64,000 bases of DNA from Nitrospirota bacterium (GTDB taxonomy: Bacteria > Nitrospirota > UBA9217), in the NCBI GenBank assembly GCA_963790205.1, contig CAWBNQ010000008.1, forward strand, positions 64,001-128,000, read 5' to 3'. The notes beneath the pieces were generated by a model that saw nothing but the letters and a program-made list of their open reading frames with translations, did no database searches and was not told the DNA's origin. Of this stretch, positions 1 through 10,478 are shown piece after piece (within the stretch, counting starts at the first letter, position 1; the number at the start of each line of letters is the position of its first letter). A program made the translations under genes and the position numbers.

Positions 1-428
1 TCAGGGACTATCTCTCGATCGGGCGGAACGACGCTGATCCGGCGGCCTGTCTCGACATGGTCGGCCTCGCGCCCGCGCTCTACCTCACGCGCATGGTCGA
101 CAAATGCCTGAGCGGCGGCGAGCGCAAGCGGATCGAGCTGGCATCGATCCTGGCGCTGAGGCCCCGGCTCGCCATTCTCGACGAGCCCGATTCGGGCATC
201 GACATGCTCTCGATCCAGGACGTGATCAACGTGATCACCGCTTTCAGGAAGAACGGGACCGCGGTCCTGCTCATAACCCACCGGGAGGAGATCGCGACGA
301 TCGCCGACCGGGCGTCGCAGCTCTGCTACGGAAAGATCATCTGCTCCGGCAGTCCCGGGAACGTCGCCGAGCATTACAAGTCGCGGCATTGCCTGACCTG
401 TAACGGCGTGGAGTGCCACTATGTCTGA
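1..428 (+). CDS. sufC: SufC-like ABC ATPase, 3' part (5' end outside window)
   Basis: LSGGERKRIE signature and ILDEPDSGID Walker B; C-terminal CxxCxxxxC tail; overlaps the SufB/D gene. Confidence 0.85.
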   Translation, partial: RDYLSIGRNDADPAACLDMVGLAPALYLTRMVDKCLSGGERKRIELASILALRPRLAILDEPDSGIDMLSIQDVINVITAFRKNGTAVLLITHREEIATIADRASQLCYGKIICSGSPGNVAEHYKSRHCLTCNGVECHYV

Positions 429-1356
429 ACTTGACGAACTCATGCAGGCGTTCGGAGAGGCGGGCGGAGATAAGGGCGCGCTTGCCGACGCCGGCATCGC
501 CCACCTGTCGGTCAGCGGAAGCACTATCCTGAGCGCCCGTGAGGTCGAGGGGGTCGACGTTCATGCGAGGGAGACATGGAACGGCGTCAGCGCGAACGTC
601 ATTGTCCGCGAAGGGGTGAAGCTCCTGAAGCCCGTTCACCTCTGCTTCGGCGTGCTTCATAAAAAAGGGACCCAGAAGATCGTGATGGACGTGAAGCTCG
701 AGAAGGATTCATCGGCGACCTTTCTCGCCCACTGCATATTCCCCAAGGCCGAGAAGGTGAGGCACATCATGGAAGCCGCGGTCGATGTCGGCGAAGGGGC
801 CGAGATGCGCTATTCAGAGACCCATTATCACGGCCCTTACGGCGGCATCGAGGTTCTTCCCAAACTCACGGTCACTGTCGGCAAGAACGGCAGGTACTAT
901 ACCGATTTCACGCTCGTGAACGGGAGGGTCGGCAGTCTCGCGATCGATTACGACGTTACGGCAGGCGAGAACGCCGTGGTCGAGCTTGTTGCCCGCGTTT
1001 TCGGCCATGCCGATGATGACGTGAAGATCAGGGAAAAGGTCACGCTCGCGGGCGAGAACGCGCGGGGACTCATCAAGGCGAGGGTGGCGGTCGAAGACGA
1101 GGCCACGGCCGAGATCACCGGCATCACCGAGGGCAATGCCGCGGGCTCACGGGGCCATGTCGACTGCATGGAGATCGTGAAGGACCATGCCGTGGCAAAG
1201 GCGTTCCCCTACGTGCAGGTGAACAATCCCCTGGCAAAGGTGACCCACGAGGCGGCGATCGGCAGCGTGGACAAGCGCCAGATGGAGACGCTCATGGCCC
1301 ACGGCCTTTCGCCGGAAGAGGCCGTGGATGTGATCGTGAAGGGGATACTGCGGTAA
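421..1356 (+). CDS. sufB: SufB/SufD-family Fe-S assembly protein (short, SMS-type)
   Basis: PVHLCFG, GHVDCMEIV and VTHEAAIGSVD motifs; 311 aa; follows sufC. Confidence 0.85.
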   Translation: MSELDELMQAFGEAGGDKGALADAGIAHLSVSGSTILSAREVEGVDVHARETWNGVSANVIVREGVKLLKPVHLCFGVLHKKGTQKIVMDVKLEKDSSATFLAHCIFPKAEKVRHIMEAAVDVGEGAEMRYSETHYHGPYGGIEVLPKLTVTVGKNGRYYTDFTLVNGRVGSLAIDYDVTAGENAVVELVARVFGHADDDVKIREKVTLAGENARGLIKARVAVEDEATAEITGITEGNAAGSRGHVDCMEIVKDHAVAKAFPYVQVNNPLAKVTHEAAIGSVDKRQMETLMAHGLSPEEAVDVIVKGILR

Positions 1357-1512
1357 CTCGCGGGCGGTGAAGCCGCCGCAGCGCGCCAGCGCAAGGTCGG
1401 CTCTACCGCCTTGTTGTGCGTCTTAATTTCTTTGATTTTTTAGTTTATTTTAGTTTTTAACCTACTCGACCCCTCAAGTCAGCGAGACAGTTAGCGAGAA
1501 AAAGCTATAGCT

Positions 1513-1932
1513 TCATGTCTTTTTACTTTTGTGTACTTTCGCTCGAGTATCCGCAGGCGCTTTCTTCTTCAATTTGGCACGATTGTAATCAACAGCGGCA
1601 CGGACGAGATTTTTTAGAGCACGCTCATTAATCTTATCGCCCTCGAAAAAATCGATTGCTCGTCTCGCGTCGCCTTCGAGGCCCGCGTTGAAAAGCTTGT
1701 CAGGATCTGGGAGGCTCGCCCCGTGGGCAAAGGTAAGCTTCACCTTCTCTTTGTGGGCGTTGGCGACCGCGATTATTCCGTCGTGAGACCACACTGGGCT
1801 TCCCATCCACTTCCATTCCTCGATTATCTCCCGGTCGGTCTCAAGGATGCTCTTGCGGATGCTGGCGAACGTTTTGCCACGCCAGTCTGTGAGTTCTGCG
1901 ATCAGCTGGTCAATACGTTCCGATGGATTCAT
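1513..1932 (-). CDS. DUF1801 (YdhG-like) protein
   Basis: EEWKWMGSPVW and LTFAHGASLPDP motifs typical of this family. Confidence 0.8.
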   Translation of the reverse strand: MNPSERIDQLIAELTDWRGKTFASIRKSILETDREIIEEWKWMGSPVWSHDGIIAVANAHKEKVKLTFAHGASLPDPDKLFNAGLEGDARRAIDFFEGDKINERALKNLVRAAVDYNRAKLKKKAPADTRAKVHKSKKT

Positions 1933-2432
1933 AGGATCTTTATGCCGTCCTTTTCAGTTTTTTTATCTTTGAAGGGGCGCGGCCCTGAGGAATTGTCGGG
2001 GGTTGAGCGAAGGGATCGAATGGTTATTCTATTACGATTGGTGTCTGCTATCTTGTCGCTACCTGGAATGAAAAAACATGGGCATTTCTTTAAATCTTCT
2101 CAATGCCCGCTGCTCAAGCGTGCCCGGCCTTTTTAGAGTCCTGTTTCCTTTTCAGTCTGAATTGTGCAATGAGATTATGCAGGGCAGCGGCCGCCTGGAT
2201 CGCGGGGCGCCGGTAGGACGGGTGTGTTAATGCGATAGCAGGCGAGGAATGTACTGATGAAGCGGGACGGGCATTGCTGGCGCTCATTTTCATGGCATGG
2301 CCTCCGGAAGATTGTTGTGTCACCGGGTGAAATGGCTGCTTCTGGGATGAGACTACAGTTTAATAATTATAATTTGAGATGTCAATGAAAATTATTGTTC
2401 ATTATTGTTTATATAGTTTAGCGGTCGCTAAA

Positions 2433-3677
2433 CTATGAAGGTGCGTACTTTTTGAATACGAGCGCGGCGTTGATCCCGCCGAAGCCGAGGGAGAGGGAAA
2501 GGGCGGTCTGTATGTCTTTCTTTCTGGCCTTGTTCGGGACGAAGTCCAGGTCGCATTCGGGGTCGGGGGTTTCGTAGTTGATCGTGGGCGGGATCATGCC
2601 GTGGCTCAGGGCAAGGGCGGTGATCGCGGCCTCGACCGCGCCTGCCGCGCCGAGCATGTGGCCGAGCATGGATTTGGACGAGCTCACCGCGAGGTTACAC
2701 GCCTGTTCGCCGAAGGCCTTTTTGATCGCGAGCGTTTCGGCCCGGTCGTTCGACACGGTCGACGTCCCGTGGGCGTTGAGGTAGCCGAGCTCTTCCGGTC
2801 TCGTGCCGGCGTCGGAAAGCGCAAGCGACAGGGCGCGGCCGGGGCCGTCTCCCGAAGGTTCCGGGTTCGTGTAGTGGTACGCGTCCGAAGACAGGCCGTA
2901 CCCTGCCAGTTCTGCGTAAATTTTCGCGCCCCGCTTTCGGGCGTGGTCCAGCTCTTCAAGCACGACCACGCCCGCGCCCTCTGAGAGCACGAAGCCGTCC
3001 CGGTGTTTGTCAAAGGGCCTGCTTGCTTTTTCCGGCTCGTCGTTCCTCAGGGAAAGGGCTTTGGCCCGGCAGAACCCCGCCAGCACGAGCGGCGTAAGCG
3101 ATGCTTCGGCGCCCCCGGCCAGCATCACGTCCGCGTCGCCGCGCTGAATGATCTTCATGGCCTCGCCCAGGGCGTGGGTCCCCGTCGCGCATGCGGTGGA
3201 AACGTCGAGGCACGGCCCCTTCGCTCCGAGCTTCAGGGAGATAAACCCCGAGGCCATGTTGACGAGCGACATGGGCGTGAAGAACGGAGAGACCCCCTTC
3301 GGCCCTTTGGCGAGCAGCTCAATCATGTTCTTCTCCATGGTGGTCACCCCGCCGCGACCGGAGCCGACCAGGACACCGGTTCGGAGTTCGGAGTCCGGAG
3401 TCAGGGAAAGACGGGCATCTTCGACTGCCATCAAGGCGGCGGCCAGGGCGTACTGGATGAAGGGGTCCGTCTTGTGCACTTCCTTCCGGGTCATGAACCT
3501 GATCGGATCGAACCCCTTGATCTCGCCTGCGATGCGGCAGGTAAAGGCCGAGGCATCGAAGCGCGTGACCCGGCCGATGCCCGATGAACCATCGAGCAGT
3601 TTTCTCCAGGTCTCTTCCATGCTGTTGCCGAGCGGCGTGAGCGCCCCCAGTCCTGTAATGACCACCCGAGCTTTCAT
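2433..3677 (-). CDS. fabF: beta-ketoacyl-ACP synthase II
   Basis: RVVITGLG start, TACATG catalytic Cys, NAHGTST, GHMLGAAG, GFGG; start placed at MKARVV. Confidence 0.95.
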   Translation of the reverse strand: MKARVVITGLGALTPLGNSMEETWRKLLDGSSGIGRVTRFDASAFTCRIAGEIKGFDPIRFMTRKEVHKTDPFIQYALAAALMAVEDARLSLTPDSELRTGVLVGSGRGGVTTMEKNMIELLAKGPKGVSPFFTPMSLVNMASGFISLKLGAKGPCLDVSTACATGTHALGEAMKIIQRGDADVMLAGGAEASLTPLVLAGFCRAKALSLRNDEPEKASRPFDKHRDGFVLSEGAGVVVLEELDHARKRGAKIYAELAGYGLSSDAYHYTNPEPSGDGPGRALSLALSDAGTRPEELGYLNAHGTSTVSNDRAETLAIKKAFGEQACNLAVSSSKSMLGHMLGAAGAVEAAITALALSHGMIPPTINYETPDPECDLDFVPNKARKKDIQTALSLSLGFGGINAALVFKKYAPS

Positions 3678-3742
3678 GGCGCGCAGTATAAGATTTTTTA
3701 CGCTCTTTGTCAAAAAGTGATTTTTTGAGACAGGGATTAAGT

Positions 3743-3770
3743 TTGACAAGCTCCTGTTTTATGCTATAGT
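3743..3770 (+). promoter_or_regulatory. sigma70-like promoter upstream of the DUF4912 gene
   Basis: TTGACA-16 nt-TATAGT in the divergent intergenic region. Confidence 0.5.
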
Positions 3771-3818
3771 TTAAACGTGAGTCGGACCTCAATCGCTTCA
3801 AGGAAGGGGGTATTGAGC

Positions 3819-4706
3819 ATGAAAAAGTCAGAACTGCAAGTCATGATAGTAAGTGAACTCAAAGCCCTGGCCAAGAAGATGAAAGTAGTCGTGCCCCCGG
3901 GGGCCAAGAAGGCCGATATCGTTGAAGCCTTGTCAGCAGCGTTTAAGCGTAACAATAAGACCAAGACCGCGGCAGTCAAGAAGACCTCGAAGAGCGGGAA
4001 AACGAGCGCCGGAAAAACGACAGTACGGAAGCGCACGCCGGTGAAAAAACCGGCCCAAGCTCCACTAGCCGCGCCCGCGCGTGAATGGAAACTGCCGCCG
4101 GGAGCAGAGGAACCGCTCATGGCGCAGGAGCGCGTGTCCGAGGCAAAGTATTATACCGGGCCGGTACAGGAACATCGTCCGGGCCATGAAGATCTTCCCG
4201 ACGGCTACGGTGAAGAGAAGATCGCGCTCATGGTGCGGGACCCCTATCTTGTCCATGCCTACTGGGAAGTGACGCCCGCGCGCATCGAGCGTGAGAAGGC
4301 CTGGTTCGGATGGAACAGCAAGCTCGCCGTGCGCATCTACGATGTGACCGGCATCCAGTTCGACGGACGGAACGCCCTCGGGTATTTCGACCAGGAAATC
4401 TTCGAGAGGCTGGGAAGCTGGTATTTCGACGTGGGACGGCCCTCGCATGCCTTTGTCGCGGACGTAGGCCTCCTTTCTCCTGAAGGAAAGTTCCTTACCC
4501 TGGCGAGATCGAACCCTATCTCAATGCCGCGGGACGGCGTGTCCGATGTGCTCGATGAGGAGTGGATGCTCGTGGATGAGGAGTTCTGGAAGCTCTACGG
4601 TTTCCCGGGCGGGCCTTCCTCGCCGCAGATCCAGGAGATGATAAAGCGCAGGCGCATGCAGCAGATCACTTCGCCGGGCACCTTTGCGCGGGCAAAGAGG
4701 AAATAG
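3819..4706 (+). CDS. DUF4912 protein with Rho-N-like, Lys-rich N-terminus
   Basis: LMVRDPYLVHAYWE and LARSN motifs; sits next to a GH57 gene. Confidence 0.8.
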   Translation: MKKSELQVMIVSELKALAKKMKVVVPPGAKKADIVEALSAAFKRNNKTKTAAVKKTSKSGKTSAGKTTVRKRTPVKKPAQAPLAAPAREWKLPPGAEEPLMAQERVSEAKYYTGPVQEHRPGHEDLPDGYGEEKIALMVRDPYLVHAYWEVTPARIEREKAWFGWNSKLAVRIYDVTGIQFDGRNALGYFDQEIFERLGSWYFDVGRPSHAFVADVGLLSPEGKFLTLARSNPISMPRDGVSDVLDEEWMLVDEEFWKLYGFPGGPSSPQIQEMIKRRRMQQITSPGTFARAKRK

Positions 4707-4750
4707 ACATTGGGGCCCGCTTTGCGCGGAGGTCGCGCGGCAATGAGATC

Positions 4751-4780
4751 AAAGTCCATCCTTCTGTGGATGGACTTTTT
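4751..4780 (+). terminator. intrinsic terminator
   Basis: AAAGTCCATC..GATGGACTTTTT hairpin plus T run. Confidence 0.6.
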
Positions 4781-4896
4781 GTTTGCAGTTTGTCTTTCGT
4801 GCTCTCGCAGAGATTATGAAAAACAGCAGGATCAAGGACAATAAAAAGCACGTGAAGCCCGCAGCCGCCGTGAAGCCCGGAGGAATGAAAAGACAC

Positions 4897-6477
4897 ATGG
4901 AAAAAGGCTACCTCGCGCTGGTGTTCCACAGTCATTTGCCCTTTGTACGGCATCCGGAACACGACCGGTTCCTGGAGGAAGACTGGCTGTACGAGGCGAT
5001 TACCGAGACCTACATCCCGATCATCAACGTGTTCGACGGGCTCGTGAACGACGGCGTGGACTTCCGCGTCACCATGAGCCTCACCCCGACGCTCATCGCC
5101 ATGCTCACGGACCCCCTGCTGCAGCAGCGCTACGTCCGGCATATCACGAAGCTGATCGAGCTGGCGGAAAAGGAAGTAACGAGGACCGCGAACCAGCCCG
5201 AGTTCAACCCCATCGCGCACATGTACCTCAACCTGTTCAGGAACGCCCTCGCCGTGTTCGAGGAAAAGTACGGCCGCAACCTCGTGGCCGCCTTCAAAAA
5301 ATTCCAGGACCTGGGAAAGGTGGAGATCATCACCTGCGGCGCCACGCACGGGTTCCTGCCCCTGATGCTGAACCAGAAGGCCGTCCGCGCTCAGATCATG
5401 GTTGCCGTCGAACAGCACACGAAGCACCTCGGCAGGGCGCCGAAGGGGATCTGGCTGCCGGAGTGCGGTTATTACGAAGGGCTCGACGAGATCCTGCACG
5501 AGGCCGGCATCCGCTACTTTTTTACGGACTCCCACGGCGTGTTCCACGCTTCGCCCCGGCCGAAATACGGCGTTTACGCGCCGATCTACTGCAAGTCCGG
5601 TGTCGCCGCTTTCGGCCGGGACCTCGAGTCTTCAAAACAGGTCTGGAGCTCGGTCGAGGGCTACCCCGGCGATTACAACTACCGAGAATTCTACCGTGAT
5701 GTCGGATTTGACCTGGACTACGAGTATGTCAAGCCGTATCTCCATCCCGACGGCGTGCGCGTGAACCTGGGGGTCAAGTATTACAAGATCACGGGCACGA
5801 CGGACCACAAGGACCCCTACATCCGGCAGTGGGCGCTCGACCGGGCGGCCGCTCACGCGGGCAACTTTCTCTTCAACCGGGAGAAGCAGGTCGAGTGGCT
5901 TGCCGGCATCTTCAACGACCGGAAGCCGATCATCGTTGCTCCCTATGACGCCGAGCTCTACGGCCACTGGTGGTTCGAAGGGCCGGACTGGATCAACTTT
6001 CTCATCCGAAAGATCGCGTATGACCAAAAGACCGTCCGCCTTATCACGCCGACGGAATACCTCGCCGAGAACCCCACATGCCAGGTCTCGAACCCGTCCC
6101 TGTCGAGCTGGGGCTACAAGGGGTATTCGGAGGTATGGCTCGACGGTTCGAACGACTGGATCTACCGCCACCTGCACAAAGCCGCTGACCGAATGGTCGA
6201 GCTTGCCGGCTCTTTCCCTCATGCCGAGGGGATTCTTCTGCGGGCGCTGAACCAGGCGGCGCGGGAACTGCTCCTGGCGCAGAGCTCGGACTGGGCCTTC
6301 ATCCTCAAGACCGGCAGTCACGTCGAATACGCCGTCAAACGGACCAGGGACCACGTACTCCGCTTCACAAGACTCTACGACGATATTAAAAGAAATAGCA
6401 TTGACGAAGGATGGCTCGGGGATATAGAATACAAGGACAATATTTTCCCTGATATGGACTATCGCGTGTATGCTTAA
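4897..6477 (+). CDS. GH57 family 1,4-alpha-glucan branching enzyme (DUF1957)
   Basis: HSHLPFV, WLPEC nucleophile, PYDAELYGHWWFEG, AQSSDWAF. Confidence 0.92.
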   Translation: MEKGYLALVFHSHLPFVRHPEHDRFLEEDWLYEAITETYIPIINVFDGLVNDGVDFRVTMSLTPTLIAMLTDPLLQQRYVRHITKLIELAEKEVTRTANQPEFNPIAHMYLNLFRNALAVFEEKYGRNLVAAFKKFQDLGKVEIITCGATHGFLPLMLNQKAVRAQIMVAVEQHTKHLGRAPKGIWLPECGYYEGLDEILHEAGIRYFFTDSHGVFHASPRPKYGVYAPIYCKSGVAAFGRDLESSKQVWSSVEGYPGDYNYREFYRDVGFDLDYEYVKPYLHPDGVRVNLGVKYYKITGTTDHKDPYIRQWALDRAAAHAGNFLFNREKQVEWLAGIFNDRKPIIVAPYDAELYGHWWFEGPDWINFLIRKIAYDQKTVRLITPTEYLAENPTCQVSNPSLSSWGYKGYSEVWLDGSNDWIYRHLHKAADRMVELAGSFPHAEGILLRALNQAARELLLAQSSDWAFILKTGSHVEYAVKRTRDHVLRFTRLYDDIKRNSIDEGWLGDIEYKDNIFPDMDYRVYA

Positions 6478-7906
6478 GCCGTCCGTTGTCAAAGAACTGA
6501 AAACGATCGTCGGTCCCGACAACCTGTTCACTGCGCCCGAAGAACTTGTCGTCTATTCCTACGATGCCACGCAGCGGGAGTCCCTCCCGTGGGCCGTGGC
6601 GCGCCCGGCCGCTACCGAAGAAGTGTCAAGGATACTCATCCTTGCGAACCGCGAACGGTTCCCCGTGATACCGCGCGGAGCAGGGACCGGCATGTCGGGC
6701 GGTTCGGTCCCGGTCCAAGGCGGCGTTGTCCTCTCCTTCGAGCGCATGAACCATATCCTCGAGATCGACGAGGACGATCTCCTTGCCGTGGTCGAGCCGG
6801 GTGTCGTGACCGGCGATTTGCAACGGGAGGTAGAATCCCGCGGGCTGTTCTACCCGCCGGACCCGGCCAGCCATCAGTTCTGCACTATGGGCGGGAACGT
6901 GGCCGAGTGCGCGGGCGGCCTTCGCGCCGTGAAATACGGCGTCACCAAGGACTATGTATTGGGCCTTGAAGTCGTGCTGCCTACCGGCGAGGTCATCCGC
7001 ACGGGCGCACGGACCGCTAAAAGCGTTGCGGGCTACGACCTCACCAGGCTCATGGTAGGGTCCGAGGGCACCCTCGGCATCGCGACCAAGATCATCGTCA
7101 AGCTCCTTCCCCTGCCCGAAAGCGTGCGTACGCTCTCCGCTTTTTTCAGGTCCGTCGAGAACGCCGCGGTCGCGGCATCGAGCATCATCGCGGGCCGTAT
7201 CCTTCCCCGCGCTCTCGAACTCGTGGACCAGGCCGCTCTCCGCGCCGTCGAGCGTTATCTTAAGCAGGACCTGTCAGGCGGCGCCGCGGCAATGCTCATT
7301 GTAGAAGTAGACGGGCCGATTGAGTCAACGGCGCGCGACATCGGGCGCGTGGAAGAGCTCATGACCCGGGCCGGAGCGATGCGGGTTACGAGGGCGGAGA
7401 CCGACGTTGAACGGGAACAGATATGGAAGGCGCGGCGGGCGATCTCCCCGGCACTGTACACCATAAAGCCGAAAAAAGTGAATGAAGACATCGTGGTGCC
7501 GCGAAGCAAGATCCCCGACATCCTGCGGGCCATCGATGAGATAGCAAAGCGTCATGACCTCCTGATCGTGAATTTCGGCCATGCCGGGGACGGCAACATT
7601 CATACGAACATCATGATCGACGAAGCCGGGGCGGAGCGCGCCGAAATCGCGGTAAAAGAGCTTTTTGAGGCGACCCTGCGCCTGGGCGGAAGCATCTCGG
7701 GAGAGCACGGCATCGGCCTGTCCAAGGCCCGCTACCTCCCGATGGAACTGGGAGATGTCGCGCTCGGCGTGATGAAAAAAATAAAGGGTACGCTCGATCC
7801 GAACAACATACTGAACCCGGGAAAGATATTTCTCAATGAGGAACCACCCCTCACCCCGCCCTCTCCCCTGAGGGGGCAAGTGAAGGTTCGCATAGGAAGG
7901 GATTAA
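6470..7906 (+). CDS. glcD: FAD-linked oxidase, glycolate oxidase GlcD-like
   Basis: PRGAGTGMSGG, YPPDPAS, GHAGDGNIH, SGEHGIG, LNPGK. Confidence 0.85.
   Translation: MLKPSVVKELKTIVGPDNLFTAPEELVVYSYDATQRESLPWAVARPAATEEVSRILILANRERFPVIPRGAGTGMSGGSVPVQGGVVLSFERMNHILEIDEDDLLAVVEPGVVTGDLQREVESRGLFYPPDPASHQFCTMGGNVAECAGGLRAVKYGVTKDYVLGLEVVLPTGEVIRTGARTAKSVAGYDLTRLMVGSEGTLGIATKIIVKLLPLPESVRTLSAFFRSVENAAVAASSIIAGRILPRALELVDQAALRAVERYLKQDLSGGAAAMLIVEVDGPIESTARDIGRVEELMTRAGAMRVTRAETDVEREQIWKARRAISPALYTIKPKKVNEDIVVPRSKIPDILRAIDEIAKRHDLLIVNFGHAGDGNIHTNIMIDEAGAERAEIAVKELFEATLRLGGSISGEHGIGLSKARYLPMELGDVALGVMKKIKGTLDPNNILNPGKIFLNEEPPLTPPSPLRGQVKVRIGRD
7847..7877 (+). repeat. REP-like CCCCTCACCCC..CCCTCTCCC palindrome (copy 1, inside the glcD 3' end)
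   Basis: Related sequences at ~14755-14802 and, inverted, at ~26945-26980. Confidence 0.5.
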
Positions 7907-7944
7907 AGGTGAGGGGCGTCATGTTGCGGAATGCGGAGTGCGGG

Positions 7945-8604
7945 ATGCGGAGTGAAAGACACAAAGGCCTCAGCACGGCGACCGGCATCGCTGTTGTTTT
8001 GACCTTCCTGCTCTGGTCATATTCAGTATGCTGGGCCGGGACTGATCCCGTCCCCTCTTCGATCGAGGGGCTCCGCGCAGAGGTCCAGACCCTGGAGCAG
8101 GAGGCTGCCCAGCTTGAGGAAGAGAACCAGGGGCTCAGAAACATGCTCAAGGACGCTGACGATGACAAGCTCTACCTGGTCGTTGACACGGAAAACAACC
8201 GGCTTACGATGAGACAGGGAGGCGCAATCCTGCTCACGGCAATCGTCGGAACGGGAAGCCGGCAGTCCGTGGAATCCGAGACGGGCAGGGACTGGTATTT
8301 CGAGAGCCCCACCGGATCCCTTACGGTCCTCGGCAAGGAGCGGAACCCAGCCTGGATCAGGCCGGACTGGTCCTACGTGGAAGAGAACATGCCCGTGCCG
8401 CCCGAGCATGACCCGGACAGGATCGTGCGGGGGGTGCTGGGCAAATACGCTCTCATCCTCGGGAACGGCTACAAAATACACGGGACCAAGTGGACCAGCC
8501 TTCTGGGGACCCACTTTACCCACGGGTGCATATCCGTGGGCGACAAAAACCTCGAGATACTGTACAAGTCCGTTCAGATCGGCACCAAGGTGTACATTTA
8601 TTAG
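7945..8604 (+). CDS. L,D-transpeptidase (YkuD) with signal peptide and coiled coil; start uncertain
   Basis: YKIHGT...THGCI catalytic motif; LYLVVD. Confidence 0.85.
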   Translation: MRSERHKGLSTATGIAVVLTFLLWSYSVCWAGTDPVPSSIEGLRAEVQTLEQEAAQLEEENQGLRNMLKDADDDKLYLVVDTENNRLTMRQGGAILLTAIVGTGSRQSVESETGRDWYFESPTGSLTVLGKERNPAWIRPDWSYVEENMPVPPEHDPDRIVRGVLGKYALILGNGYKIHGTKWTSLLGTHFTHGCISVGDKNLEILYKSVQIGTKVYIY

Positions 8605-8735
8605 CGCGGAGCTTGCTTTGCCGGAGATTCATCATCGCGGGGATAAAGGCCGGGCGATTGAGGGCCGAATAACGAAGTCCGGAACCAGATTGTCTGTGCT
8701 CAAGCTCTGACCGGGGGAAAGGCGCGCGGTGTTTT

Positions 8736-9242
8736 ATGGACTATCGACGGGTGATCTTGCTTCTTGCCGCCTCGCTGTTTCTTATGGGCGCGGACAACGG
8801 CGGACCGGGAGCGGACGAGCAGGCAAAGCTCCTGGAACAGCGAAAACAGCTGAACGCCAGGATCGCGACGCTCAATCAAGAGCAGGATTACCTGCTCTTT
8901 CAGAAGATGATGTACGCCTCCGACTCCAAGTACCTGGTCATCGATATCACGGCGCGCACCGGGCAATTGAAGTACAAGAACCGGATACTCAAGGATTTTC
9001 ATTTTACTTCAGCGGGCCGTATCGGCATGCTGAAACGGGGGGCGTTCACGCTTACGAAAAAGAGCGAGGGGCCAAAAACCGGGAATCTGCTGATCTTCGA
9101 CCCATCCCTGGTCCTGCAGGGCAAACACGTTCAGGCTACCCGGCTTCCGGCGGGAATTCCGCGTTTTTTGCTTTCGAAAAAAGACCTCCGGTCCGTTTTT
9201 TATGCAGTCGAGGCCGGGGCGAAAGCGTATATCATGCCTTGA
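8736..9242 (+). CDS. exported hypothetical protein, possibly a degenerate YkuD-like fold
   Basis: Signal peptide, coiled coil and YLVID segment as in the upstream gene, but no His/Cys motif. Confidence 0.55.
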   Translation: MDYRRVILLLAASLFLMGADNGGPGADEQAKLLEQRKQLNARIATLNQEQDYLLFQKMMYASDSKYLVIDITARTGQLKYKNRILKDFHFTSAGRIGMLKRGAFTLTKKSEGPKTGNLLIFDPSLVLQGKHVQATRLPAGIPRFLLSKKDLRSVFYAVEAGAKAYIMP

Positions 9243-9385
9243 GGGAACATGCTCTGATGATTACGCCGGATATTCTCAGCGACGATAGTGTCCGCGCTCC
9301 CCGCTGCATACCCAGGTCTTGTTTCTGCCCCGACGTGCGGTTTGTCCGGTCCGTTGACCAGGCGTCTGCGCCCGCTTTCACCGGT

Positions 9386-10300
9386 TTAATAGGTTGGTTC
9401 CAGTTGGACCGTTATCTTAATATCGCTGGTTCGCGTGGAGAACACGCCCGATGAGCTGTCACGAAGTATGAGATAATAATCACCGCCGCTGATATCCGCC
9501 GAGTGTCGGTAGTTCTTGCTTTTCGTGACCATAAAATCAGCGGCCTTTTGGAACTCTTTTTGCTGCTTGAAATTTTCCAATTCCGAGCTCGGTATCACAC
9601 ATGCGTCAATGGGGTTGCCGTGAACGACGCTCATAACCAGGCTGAGAGCGCCGCCGGAGGCCAGGCGCAGGGGAAAGGCTTTCCAATCGCCTATTTTTAT
9701 CTTTTCAACGGCATCGATAAGAGTAATCGGCGCATGAGTGACGCCGGCGGCCGGTTTCTCCTGCCTGTCTTGTCTGGCAATGCCGAGGATTTCACCGTCT
9801 TTGACCCTGACCACTTTGACCAATGCGGTTACGGCGTTGCCGGATACAAACGCTTTCCCGGTCACGATCACGTCCATCCCCGTGATGCGGCCGATCTCGG
9901 CGGCGGTCCGCTCTGAGAGAGCTTGCGCGGGCAGGTTCTTTTCGCGCAGGATATCATCCAGCCTGCCGGGATCAATGATGGCGATAGTGTCCCGTTTTCC
10001 CGAATCGTCAATCTTCCTCATGACGTTCGCGGTGAACTCTTCCGTGAACCGGGCCCCCCTGTCTTTTAATTCGTCTTCCGATAATTTTTTTTCAGTATCC
10101 ACGGACGAAACGCTGAAATCAAAAATAACGACTTTTATCTTCCCGTGGGAGGACTCCCCGATGAGAAGATGGGCAACCTGGTCCGCTACCGGTTCGCCGG
10201 CCGCGTACGCATATGGTTTTTCGTACAGCGGAAGGGCGCTTGATCCTACAAAAAATACCGTCAACAGCAGCAGACGAACGAACGGATTTTTCACGTGCAT
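9386..10300 (-). CDS. exported hypothetical protein with CsgG/FlgO-like domain
   Basis: RBS GAAGGAGA before MHVKNPF; signal peptide; AAEIGRITGMDVIVTG..VKVVRVKDGEIL pattern. Confidence 0.6.
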   Translation of the reverse strand: MHVKNPFVRLLLLTVFFVGSSALPLYEKPYAYAAGEPVADQVAHLLIGESSHGKIKVVIFDFSVSSVDTEKKLSEDELKDRGARFTEEFTANVMRKIDDSGKRDTIAIIDPGRLDDILREKNLPAQALSERTAAEIGRITGMDVIVTGKAFVSGNAVTALVKVVRVKDGEILGIARQDRQEKPAAGVTHAPITLIDAVEKIKIGDWKAFPLRLASGGALSLVMSVVHGNPIDACVIPSSELENFKQQKEFQKAADFMVTKSKNYRHSADISGGDYYLILRDSSSGVFSTRTSDIKITVQLEPTY

Positions 10301-10478
10301 TTCTCCTTCATCAACCGGTAACAAAAAACCATGAGGGCATCGCTTCTGTTTTTGCGTGTCGCTAACAGGCCGTGGGGCGGCAAAAAAATATTCCGAGGAA
10401 CGCTGATCACCAATGTGCCTGGCTTCGAATGCGATATGGGTTGGTCTCCGCAATGCCGGTCTTGCGGGGGACGCGCAA

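Noticed and set aside
2114..2323. Small CDS between the DUF1801 gene and fabF
   Set aside because: No motif or convincing RBS
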